A DNA stretch of 64,000 bases from assembly GCA_964483625.1 (NCBI GenBank), contig CAZABB010000003.1:21895-85894 (forward strand), written 5' to 3'. The stretch comes from an uncultured Planctomycetia bacterium. Its GTDB lineage: Bacteria; Omnitrophota; Gorgyraeia; Duberdicusellales; 4484-171. Of the stretch, positions 54,516-62,523 are shown in pieces. The position numbers and the translations under genes were made by a program. Under the pieces are notes generated by a model. That model had not been told where the DNA came from. It saw only the letters and a program-made list of their open reading frames with translations, and did not search any database. How positions within the stretch are numbered: the stretch's first letter is position 1; each line of letters starts with the position of its first letter.

Positions 54516-54616
54516 AACGCCGGACCGCGTTAGGATTCTGGGAAGAAATACACCCGGCCCTGGCTCAGATCATCATCGACAAAGTGAGGCGGAAGATCAA
54601 TCGTTCGCTTTCCTGA
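54389..54616 (+). CDS. Possible small 75-aa protein overlapping the 3' end of the giant gene
   Basis: AAGGAGG at 54378-54384 before the ATG at 54389, and a natural-looking translation MVSLEILAVGE...KVRRKINRSLS. Confidence 0.35.
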   Translation: MVSLEILAVGEMRDTRRGRFVYATYAGWNYAYAFFIHPDGKVERRTALGFWEEIHPALAQIIIDKVRRKINRSLS

Positions 54617-54694
54617 GGTATCCGGCTGGATCGCGTATTGCCCGCCATTGCCCGATAGCGGTGGTAATTTTACTCTTTCCAGTTTGTCTCGTTA

Positions 54695-54703
54695 TGATAT
54701 AAT
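54695..54703 (+). promoter_or_regulatory. Extended -10 promoter (TGnTATAAT) for the hisI operon
   Basis: TGATATAAT about 32 nt upstream of the hisI ATG, with RBS AAAGGAGG at 54718-54725. Confidence 0.6.
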
Positions 54704-54735
54704 TCCCTTTAAAACAGAAAGGAGGCACCAGCAAA

Positions 54736-55065
54736 ATGGATGAGATTAAGTCAGTGTCGGATCTGAAATTCGACGAAAAAGGGTTAATTCCCGCCATTAT
54801 TCAGGATATAAACAGCGGCGATGTTTTAATGGTTGGGTATATGAATAAAGAGTCGTTACAGATGACGCTTGAGGAGAGGCGTACGTGCTTCTGGTCCCGG
54901 TCGCGGCAGAAATTCTGGCGCAAAGGAGAGACCTCCGGCCACGTACAGCGTGTGAAAGAAATATATTACGATTGTGACGGCGATGCTCTTCTGATCAAGG
55001 TCGAGCAGACCGGGGTTGCCTGTCATACCGGTCAGTGGAGCTGTTTCTATAGGAAATTAATATAA
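54736..55065 (+). CDS. hisI: Phosphoribosyl-AMP cyclohydrolase
   Basis: [29 protein letters not shown] and ACHTG..SCF, with a strong RBS. Confidence 0.97.
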   Translation: MDEIKSVSDLKFDEKGLIPAIIQDINSGDVLMVGYMNKESLQMTLEERRTCFWSRSRQKFWRKGETSGHVQRVKEIYYDCDGDALLIKVEQTGVACHTGQWSCFYRKLI

Positions 55066-55067
55066 GG

Positions 55068-55264
55068 GATTACAGTGATTAGGATTTCGTCGTGCGCACC
55101 GCGCATCGCGTACTGCGTAAGAATACAATGATAGAGAGAAAATGCTAATACGCGTTTAGTTCTTTTGCGCGATACGTAATACTCAATACGTAATACGGAC
55201 ATTATCAGTGATCATCTGTATGAAGAGATTACAATGATCATTCTGAATGTGATTACGGTGATTA
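55068..55264. repeat. 7-nt-periodic imperfect inverted repeat nested within GATTAC-type repeats
   Basis: Left arm CGTCGTG CGCACCG CGCATCG CGTACTG CGTAAGA (55088-55122). Right arm GATACGT AATACTC AATACGT AATACGG (55171-55198). GATTACnnTGAT units at 55068, 55227 and 55251. Confidence 0.65.
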
Positions 55265-55285
55265 AAGACAGCGGTCATCTGCGGA

Positions 55286-56764
55286 ATGTATAACATGAAT
55301 ATTAAACCTAGTTTAAAAGAATTTTTAAAAATCCCTAAGGGAAAGAATCTGGTGGTATTTTCCTGCACGTTCAGCTGCGATTACCTTACTCCCGTATCGC
55401 TCTATGATAATTTGCGGCGTACGGTTAAAGGTGACGGTTTCCTGCTTGAGTCGGTAGAAGGCCAGGAGAAGATATCCCGCTATTCTTTTATCGGAGCGCA
55501 TCCTTTGCTTACGTTTAAAAGTTTCGGCAAAAAAATAATCATCGAAGGTATCACTCCTAAACAATTCACCACTAAAACCGATCCGCTTTCGGAATTAAAA
55601 AAGCTGATGGACCAGTTTCGTGTCTGGCCTAAAGAGCACCTGCGGTTTTTCGGCGGCTTTATCGGGTATGTGGGGTACGATTATGTTAAATTCTGCGAAC
55701 CGGTGGGAACCGATCTTCCCGACACGATCAAGAGCCCCGATCTCCATTTTATCTTACCTAAATATCTTATTATATTCGATCACGTCAAAAAAGAGATCGA
55801 AGTACTTTCCTTTCTGATCTTGAAGGGAAAGGCGACGAAATCGCTTTATCAGAAAGAATTGAGATCTTTAGACAGGCTTATTTCCCGTATTACCTCAGCC
55901 GGCAGGCTCAAACCGCTGGAATTGAAGAAAAAGCGCCGGTATGCGTTCAAATCGAATTTTACCAAAAAGAAATTTACCGATGCCGTTAAAAAGGCGAAAA
56001 AGCTCATTCGCGAAGGAGAGATCATCCAGGTGGTCCTCTCCCAGAGATTACGCGTTGATTTTAAGAAAGATCCGTTTATGGTGTACCGGTACTTGCGGAT
56101 ACTCAATCCTTCGCCGTACATGTACTATCTGGATTTTAAAGATACCAGGATCGCCGGGGCATCGCCGGAGATGCTTCTGCGGTGTGAAGACAAAAAACTT
56201 ATTACCCGGCCGATTGCCGGTACCCGCAAACGGGGGAAAGATGAAGCTGAGGATCAGCGTCTGGCAAAGGATTTGCTCAATGATCCCAAGGAGCGTGCCG
56301 AACATATCATGCTGGTCGACCTTTCCCGCAATGACCTGGGGCGGGTCGCCCGTAAAGCAAGCGTAGAAGTGCCTGTGTTTATGAAGATTGAACGATTTTC
56401 CCACGTTATGCATATCGTCAGCGAAACTACAGCAATACTCGATAAAAAGCATGATATGTTTACAGCTCTGCGGGCCTGTTTCCCCGCCGGAACGTTAAGC
56501 GGCGCGCCCAAAGTCCGGGCGATGCAGATCATTAATGATCTTGAGCCCCAAAAACGGGGGATTTATGGGGGAGCCATCGGATATTTTTCCTTCACAAACG
56601 CGCTCGATACCTGTATAATAATCCGCACTGTCGTATTCAAAGGCAAAAAAGCCTATGTCCAGGCCGGAGCGGGAATTGTCGCCGATTCGGTCCCGGAAAA
56701 AGAATATCAGGAAACATTGAACAAAGCGAAAGCGCAACTCATTGCGCTGGAGATGGTTGAATGA
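55286..56764 (+). CDS. trpE: Anthranilate synthase component I
   Basis: FLLESVEG...RYSF, NPSPYMY, SPEML, PIAGTR, KERAEHIMLVDLSRND, FPAGTLSGAPK and QAGAGIVADS. Alternative start at 55295. Confidence 0.9.
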   Translation: MYNMNIKPSLKEFLKIPKGKNLVVFSCTFSCDYLTPVSLYDNLRRTVKGDGFLLESVEGQEKISRYSFIGAHPLLTFKSFGKKIIIEGITPKQFTTKTDPLSELKKLMDQFRVWPKEHLRFFGGFIGYVGYDYVKFCEPVGTDLPDTIKSPDLHFILPKYLIIFDHVKKEIEVLSFLILKGKATKSLYQKELRSLDRLISRITSAGRLKPLELKKKRRYAFKSNFTKKKFTDAVKKAKKLIREGEIIQVVLSQRLRVDFKKDPFMVYRYLRILNPSPYMYYLDFKDTRIAGASPEMLLRCEDKKLITRPIAGTRKRGKDEAEDQRLAKDLLNDPKERAEHIMLVDLSRNDLGRVARKASVEVPVFMKIERFSHVMHIVSETTAILDKKHDMFTALRACFPAGTLSGAPKVRAMQIINDLEPQKRGIYGGAIGYFSFTNALDTCIIIRTVVFKGKKAYVQAGAGIVADSVPEKEYQETLNKAKAQLIALEMVE

Positions 56765-56768
56765 ATGC

Positions 56769-56869
56769 AGTCTCTAGTCGACAGTCTATAGTATATAATA
56801 AAAATACGGCATGTTTTAATATTTACAGACTAACGACTAAAGACCATAGACTAACGACTAACGACGAGT
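56769..56869. repeat. 7-nt-periodic imperfect inverted repeat
   Basis: AGTCTCT AGTCGAC AGTCTAT AGT (56769-56792) versus GACTAAC GACTAAA GACCATA GACTAAC GACTAAC GAC (56828-56865). Confidence 0.75.
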
Positions 56870-56883
56870 AAAAGGAGGAACAC

Positions 56884-57168
56884 ATGTTAACAATTCGTCT
56901 GCAAAAACCGGGGAAATCAGTCAAACGGAGGTATCATTTCAGCATTGTTGTGATAGAAGGGAAGGCAGCCCGTGACGCGAGGTTCACCGACCGATTGGGT
57001 TACTACGATCCTTCTCATCAGCTTCTGCATATCGATCTGGAAAAGTATCAGCAATGGGTTAAAAAGGGCGCCCGTCCCTCAGCCACCGTAGCGAGTCTGT
57101 TTAAGAAGTTGACGAAAAAAACTGCGAAAACAAAAACAGAGAAAACGAAGGAAAAGGAAAAAGAATAA
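56884..57168 (+). CDS. rpsP: 30S ribosomal protein S16
   Basis: MLTIRL..G....YHFSIVV, RD..F...LGYYDP and W...GA.PS.TV. RBS AAGGAGG. Confidence 0.93.
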   Translation: MLTIRLQKPGKSVKRRYHFSIVVIEGKAARDARFTDRLGYYDPSHQLLHIDLEKYQQWVKKGARPSATVASLFKKLTKKTAKTKTEKTKEKEKE

Positions 57169-57190
57169 ACCATAAGTAAGGAGGAATATA

Positions 57191-57478
57191 ATGCAACCTG
57201 ACGCCAATGTCGCTATCGCCCAGTTTTTACCGCTGATTTTTCTTTTCGTCGTCTTTTACTTTCTGCTTATCCGTCCGCAGAAAAAGAAACAGGCTGAACA
57301 TAAAGCTCTCATCGAAGGACTCAATAAAAACGATGAGATCGTAACGGTCGGAGGGGTACACGGCACGGTAATCAATACCAAAGAGAAGACGTTCGTGATC
57401 CGGGTCGATGACAATGTGAAATTCGAAATCGATAAACAGAGTGTAGCCTATTTAAAAAAGAAACAGAATAATGGTTAA
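57191..57478 (+). CDS. yajC: Preprotein translocase subunit YajC
   Basis: FYFLLIRPQKK and DEIVTVGGVHG, directly upstream of secD. Confidence 0.95.
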   Translation: MQPDANVAIAQFLPLIFLFVVFYFLLIRPQKKKQAEHKALIEGLNKNDEIVTVGGVHGTVINTKEKTFVIRVDDNVKFEIDKQSVAYLKKKQNNG

Positions 57479-59636
57479 TCCCAAAGATCTCAGATTCCGT
57501 CTCATCGGAATCCTCGGCATCATCTTCTTAAGTATCTTCTATATCTTCCCTTTAGGTGAGAAGATCAACCTCGGTTTGGACTTAAAAGGGGGGATGTATC
57601 TGGTGTTAAAGGTAGATACCTCCAAAGTTGCTCCCGATAAGGTGAACGATGCTACCGAAGTTGCTCTGGAGATCATTCGCAACCGTATCGATGAGTTCGG
57701 CGTTAAAGAGCCGACGATTCAGGTGCAGGGGAATAATTCTATCCTGGTACAACTGCCCGGTGAAGTCGATCGCGACCGGGCGATCAAGTTGATCGGTCAG
57801 ACGGCGTTTTTGGAATTCAAAATGGTCGAAGATGACCAGCAGAAACTCGATCAGGCGAAAGAAGGCGCCGTTCCCGCAGGGTATGAACTGAGCTCCTATG
57901 ATGGGAAACCGCTTTTACTTACCGAAGAAGCCCCGATTTCCGGCGCGGATGTCGCCAGCGCCCAGTCGAGTTTTGATTCCAATATGTTTCCTCTGGTGAC
58001 CCTGCAGTTTAATAGTGAGGGAGCCAAGAAGTTCGCTGCGGTAACCCGGGATAATGTAGGCAACCGTCTGGCCATTGTGCTTGATGGAGTAGTTAAAAGC
58101 GCTCCCGTGATTCGGGAGGCGATCGGAGCCGGTGAAGCTCAGATTACCGGCGATTTTACCGTACAGGAAGCGCAGGATCTGGCGTTGGTGTTACGGGCCG
58201 GGGCTCTCCCGGCGCCGCTGGTGATTGAGGAAGAACGTACCGTAGGGCCTCTTCTGGGGAGCGATTCTATTCGCCGCGGCGTTCAGTCGATCGCGGTGGG
58301 AGCGATTCTGGTAGCTATATTTATGCTCATCTATTATCTTCTCGGCGGGGTTGTAGCCTTGGCGTGTCTGGTGCTTGATCTCCTTTTTGTCATGGCGGGC
58401 TTGAGTTTCTTAAAAGCGACGCTGACGTTGCCGGGCATTGCCGGTATGATCTTAACGCTGGGGATGGCCGTAGATGCCAATGTCCTTATTTTCGAACGCA
58501 TTCGGGAAGAGCTTAATCAGGGTCGGCCTCTAAGTGTTGCGGTGAAGAACGGGTTTGACCGCTCCAAGCGGACGATTTTCGATGCCAACATTACTACATT
58601 GATTGCCGCGCTGTTTCTCTTCCGGTTCGGGACCGGGCCCATCCGGGGATTCGCCACGACTCTTTCTCTGGGTATTGTCGCCAGTATTTTTACCGCGGTT
58701 TTTATCGGCCGGACAATTTTTGCGATCCTCTTGAATACCAGGATAAAGAGGATGACCATGCTGCGGATTCTCAAGGACCCCAACATCAATTTCGTAAAAA
58801 TCAAAAACATATGTCTTATTGTTTCTTTGATTCTCATCGTTATCGGGGCCGTAAATTTCCAGTCCCGCGGCGACGATATGTACGGTATCGATTTTAAAGG
58901 CGGCCAGATCCTGCAATATCAGATTACGCCTGCGCCGGAGATCGAAGATGTGCGTGACGTTCTTGAGACCAATATTGAGCAAAAAGTAACGTTGCAGTCG
59001 TTTCGAGATATCGCCGGCGGCGTTATTATTAAAAGCAAAGAGGATATTACCGCTCAAGTCGAACAAACCCTCAATGAAAACTTCGCAGACGCACAGCGTC
59101 TGAGTATCGATACGATTGGTCCGGCGGTAGGGGAGATCCTGCGTACGAAAGCTCTCCTGGCGGTCACGCTGTCGCTTCTGGGCATATTGATCTACATCGC
59201 CTTCCGGTTCAAACATTTTGATTTCGCCTTTGCCGCGGTATGCGCGGTGTTTCACGATGTGTTGATCAGTATGGGGTTTCTTGCTTTGTTCGGATACGAA
59301 ATTAATCTTCTTACCATTACGGCACTGCTTACCCTTGCCGGATATTCGGTAAACGATACCATTGTCGTCTATGACCGGATACGGGAACTCTCTCCCAAAC
59401 TGTACAAGCTGCCGTTACCGGAGATCATCAATCGGGCCATTAATCAGACGCTTTCCCGTACGATCATAACCTCATTTACGACCATTGCGGTTGTCCTCTG
59501 TATCTTTATCTATGGGGGTGAAGCTCTGCGCGGATTTTCATTCACTCTGCTCGTCGGGTTTATGGTCGGGACTTACTCCTCGATATACATTGCGTCTCCT
59601 TTAGTTCTCTTTTTCCGTCGGGCCCGTCTCCACTAA
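57471..59636 (+). CDS. secDF: Fused protein translocase SecD/SecF
   Basis: LGLDLKGG, RIDEFGV.EP, LRAGALPAP and GMAVDANVLIFERIRE (SecD part). GIDFKGG and GYSVNDTIVVYDRIRE (SecF part). Confidence 0.96.
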   Translation: MVNPKDLRFRLIGILGIIFLSIFYIFPLGEKINLGLDLKGGMYLVLKVDTSKVAPDKVNDATEVALEIIRNRIDEFGVKEPTIQVQGNNSILVQLPGEVDRDRAIKLIGQTAFLEFKMVEDDQQKLDQAKEGAVPAGYELSSYDGKPLLLTEEAPISGADVASAQSSFDSNMFPLVTLQFNSEGAKKFAAVTRDNVGNRLAIVLDGVVKSAPVIREAIGAGEAQITGDFTVQEAQDLALVLRAGALPAPLVIEEERTVGPLLGSDSIRRGVQSIAVGAILVAIFMLIYYLLGGVVALACLVLDLLFVMAGLSFLKATLTLPGIAGMILTLGMAVDANVLIFERIREELNQGRPLSVAVKNGFDRSKRTIFDANITTLIAALFLFRFGTGPIRGFATTLSLGIVASIFTAVFIGRTIFAILLNTRIKRMTMLRILKDPNINFVKIKNICLIVSLILIVIGAVNFQSRGDDMYGIDFKGGQILQYQITPAPEIEDVRDVLETNIEQKVTLQSFRDIAGGVIIKSKEDITAQVEQTLNENFADAQRLSIDTIGPAVGEILRTKALLAVTLSLLGILIYIAFRFKHFDFAFAAVCAVFHDVLISMGFLALFGYEINLLTITALLTLAGYSVNDTIVVYDRIRELSPKLYKLPLPEIINRAINQTLSRTIITSFTTIAVVLCIFIYGGEALRGFSFTLLVGFMVGTYSSIYIASPLVLFFRRARLH

Positions 59637-59680
59637 CAAATCAAGAAGCAACTTAATGCCTATACGTATCTCATCCGCTC

Positions 59681-59720
59681 TTTACTACACAAACAGGTGA
59701 CACCTAAAATGTATAGTTAC
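59681..59720. repeat. REP-like palindrome, left copy
   Basis: TTTACTACACAAACAGGTGACACCTAAAATGTATAGTTAC. Bases 59695-59719 are identical to 60590-60614. Confidence 0.85.
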
Positions 59721-59721
59721 C

Positions 59722-60591
59722 ATGGAATTATATGATTTAATTGAAAAAGGGAAAGTAAAGCGATACTTGAGTGCGAAAAACAAAGTAGTCTATCCAGGAG
59801 GCGTCTATCATATTACCCATCGGGCTCCTGGCCGGGAAGTCCTTTTTTTAGAGGATACGGATTATCTGCGTATGTTAGCATTATTAAAAAAAACGGCGCA
59901 AAAATTTCAATGGGATATTTTTGCTTTTGTCCTTATGAAAAATCATTTTCATGTTTTATTAAGAATAAAGGAAGCAAATCTTTCCCAAGGGATGAAGAAA
60001 CTATGTGAATCCTACGCGATGTCTTTCAATGCAAAATATGAAAGGAAGGGGAGCGTTTTTTCTCGTCCCTATCGTGCGGCGTTATGTGTTGATGATGTCT
60101 ATTTGCTCGCCATATCGTTATATATCCATCTTAATCCATTGAAGGCGAGGATTTGTGAATCGCTTGATGAGTATCGCTGGAGTTCTTTGGATCTTTATAA
60201 ACGAGATAAGAAAAAATCTTTTGTAAATGCTGATTCCGTATTAAATGTTTTATCCAATGATCGGACACTATCAACGAAGAAATATAAAAATTTACTTCAA
60301 CAGATGACCCAGTTAGAATTTAAAAACATTATCGAAAGGCCACGTTTTATTGAATTTTTCTGTGAAAAAACAAGGGGTTATTTACGTAAAAATAGTAATT
60401 TGAACGATAGAGTAGAGGAAGAGTTATTAAAATTTAAGGATAAAAAGAGATTACGAGAACCGAAGGAAATTCAAGCGCGGAAATATTTAATTGAACAGTT
60501 ACTGGCGAGAGGATATTCAGTTTTAGATATTGCTCGGCGATTAAATCTTACTCGTAAGGCAGTGTATGATATTATTAACTATACAAAATAG
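59722..60591 (+). mobile_element. REP-associated tyrosine transposase (RAYT, Y1/HUH family) with C-terminal HTH
   Basis: YHITHR, NHFHVLL (HUH), YIHLNP (catalytic Tyr) and YRWSS. C-terminal DIARRLNLTRKAVY HTH. Visibly AT-richer than its neighbours and flanked by 25-bp direct repeats. Confidence 0.88.
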
Positions 60592-60615
60592 GTGACACCT
60601 AAAATGTATAGTTAA
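60575..60615. repeat. REP-like palindrome, right copy (contains the RAYT stop codon)
   Basis: TTAACTATACA-AAA-TAGGTG-A-CACCTA-AAA-TGTATAGTTAA, with 11-bp outer and 6-bp inner inverted repeats. Confidence 0.9.
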
Positions 60616-60623
60616 GCGTTGAT

Positions 60624-62516
60624 ATGTTTGAAACGTTTAAAATCTATACGCACAAAGAGATTTCGCTCAATGAGGTCAGTTCTCAGCTGGCTCATCTGGG
60701 ATATCGCCGCGTCGATGACGTAACCGAGGAAGGTGATTATTCGGTGCGGGGGGATGTTCTGGAGGTTTTCTGCGCCAATTTCAATTTCCCCGTCCGCATG
60801 GAATGGACGTTTGAGATTATCGATAAGATATACAGTTTTGACAAAACCATCCAGAAAAAACTCATCGATTACGATTTCCTCATCGTCATTCCTTATCGCA
60901 AGAAGATCAAAAAATATACCGAAGATATCCCCCTGGATATTGTGTTGAAGATAAAAAAAGGAGATTTTGTCGTCCATACCCAGTACGGTATAGGCAGATT
61001 TCTCGGTGTAAAAAAGATGGAAGTGAAAGGTGCCCAGGAGTATTTTTTTGCGATCGAATATGCCGATAACGCCAAACTCTATATTGCCAAAGAACAGGCG
61101 CATCTGGTTCAGAAGTACGTAAGTTTTACCAGTCGTGCTCCCAAATTATCAAAGCTGGGGACGAAAGAGTGGAGCCGCCTGAAAGAGAGGGCGCAGAATG
61201 GAATACGGAAGTTTGCTCTGGAACTTCTGCGGATGGAAGCCCAGCGTAAGCTGATCGGAGGATTTCGCTATGGTTCCGATACCGACTGGCAGAAGCAGTT
61301 CGAGGACCTTTTCTCGTATCAGGAGACCGAAGACCAACTTAAAGCTACGGCTCAGCTTAAAAAACATATGGAATCGAATGCGTGCATGGATATGCTTGTC
61401 TGCGGCGATAACGGCTACGGGAAGACCGAAGTCGCGATGCGAGCGGCATTTAAAGCCGTCATGGGCGGCAAACAGGTTGCTTTTCTTGTGCCAACGACAA
61501 TTCTTGCCTACCAGCATTACATTAATTTGAAAGAACGCACCAGAGATTTTCCCGTCGAAGTTCAGATGCTTTCCCGTTTCCGCACCGGGGGCGAACAAAA
61601 AGATATTGCCCGCCGGCTGGCTGAAGGAAAAATTGAGATCATCGTGGGGACGCACCGGTTGTTATCGAAAGATATCGCCTTCTGTGACCTGGGACTTCTG
61701 ATCATCGATGAAGAGCATCGTTTCGGCGTCTTATCGAAAGAGAGGATAAAAAAGATAAAAATAGGCATCGATGTCCTCACCCTTACCGCAACTCCTATCC
61801 CGCGTACGTTATACATGGGATTGATCGGCATTAAGGATATTGCCCTGATCCGCACTCCGCCGAAAGAACGCCTGGCGGTAAAGACTGAAGTCATGGAATT
61901 CTCTTCTGGCCGGATTCACGCTATCATCACCAAAGAAGTCCGACGCCGTGGCCAGGTGTTTTTTATCCATAATCGTATTGAGAGTATCTATAAAATAGAA
62001 AAGAAACTAAAGAGTATTCTTCCCGGCGATATCCGTATCGCGGTCATCCATGGCAGAATGCGACCTAAGGAAATCGAAAAGATTATGCTTCAATTCATTG
62101 AAAAAGAGGTCGACGTACTCCTTTCTACCGCGATTGTTGAGTCGGGGATCGATATCCCGGGCGCGAATACGATTATCGTCAACGATGCGCATCGGTTCGG
62201 ATTAAGTGATCTGCACCAGTTACGCGGCCGGGTCGGCCGGAGCACCCGGCAGGGATATGCTTATTTTGTGGTCGGCCGGTTTTCCTCGCTATCTACCGAT
62301 GCCGAAAAGAGGCTTCGTTTGCTTGAGGAGTTTTCTCACCTGGGGGCGGGATTTGAGGTGGCGATGAGTGACCTGGAATTGCGCGGCGCCGGCAATCTTT
62401 TGGGGACCCAGCAGCATGGTTTTGTATGGATGATCGGATTTGATTTGTATTGTCGTTTATTGAAAAAAGAGATAGAATATCTCAAAAACACATTTAAGAT
62501 CGAGATAGGAGGATAG
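60624..62516 (+). CDS. mfd: Transcription-repair coupling factor, short form (630 aa)
   Basis: LGY.RV...G.YSVRGDVL, GDFVVH..YGIGRF (RID), GDNGYGKT, DEEHRFG, TATPIPRT, QLRGRVGR and DLELRGAGNLLG. Confidence 0.92.
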   Translation: MFETFKIYTHKEISLNEVSSQLAHLGYRRVDDVTEEGDYSVRGDVLEVFCANFNFPVRMEWTFEIIDKIYSFDKTIQKKLIDYDFLIVIPYRKKIKKYTEDIPLDIVLKIKKGDFVVHTQYGIGRFLGVKKMEVKGAQEYFFAIEYADNAKLYIAKEQAHLVQKYVSFTSRAPKLSKLGTKEWSRLKERAQNGIRKFALELLRMEAQRKLIGGFRYGSDTDWQKQFEDLFSYQETEDQLKATAQLKKHMESNACMDMLVCGDNGYGKTEVAMRAAFKAVMGGKQVAFLVPTTILAYQHYINLKERTRDFPVEVQMLSRFRTGGEQKDIARRLAEGKIEIIVGTHRLLSKDIAFCDLGLLIIDEEHRFGVLSKERIKKIKIGIDVLTLTATPIPRTLYMGLIGIKDIALIRTPPKERLAVKTEVMEFSSGRIHAIITKEVRRRGQVFFIHNRIESIYKIEKKLKSILPGDIRIAVIHGRMRPKEIEKIMLQFIEKEVDVLLSTAIVESGIDIPGANTIIVNDAHRFGLSDLHQLRGRVGRSTRQGYAYFVVGRFSSLSTDAEKRLRLLEEFSHLGAGFEVAMSDLELRGAGNLLGTQQHGFVWMIGFDLYCRLLKKEIEYLKNTFKIEIGG

Positions 62517-62523
62517 GTAAGGT

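Noticed and set aside
409-54499. Hundreds of short alternative-frame and antisense ORFs, including 46707..47699 (330 aa)
   Set aside because: They are shadows of the giant coding frame, with no recognisable motifs or RBS.
27-54515. Giant ORF as an artefact of stop-codon reassignment or a fused operon
   Set aside because: The frame has no stops in the standard code, and neighbouring genes end with TAA, TAG and TGA normally. The domains are joined by stereotyped coding linkers.
27-54515. NRPS/PKS, RTX or repeat-adhesin identity
   Set aside because: No condensation, adenylation, KS, carrier, GGxGxD, cadherin or Ig-like repeat motifs were seen.
55068-56869. Intergenic repeats as a CRISPR array or trp attenuator
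   Set aside because: The units are 7 nt with no spacers, there are no cas genes, and no Trp-rich leader or U-tailed terminator is evident.
59695-60614. 25-bp direct repeats as a target-site duplication of a DDE insertion sequence
   Set aside because: The enzyme is HUH/Y1 type, which does not make TSDs, and the repeats are palindromic REP-like sites.
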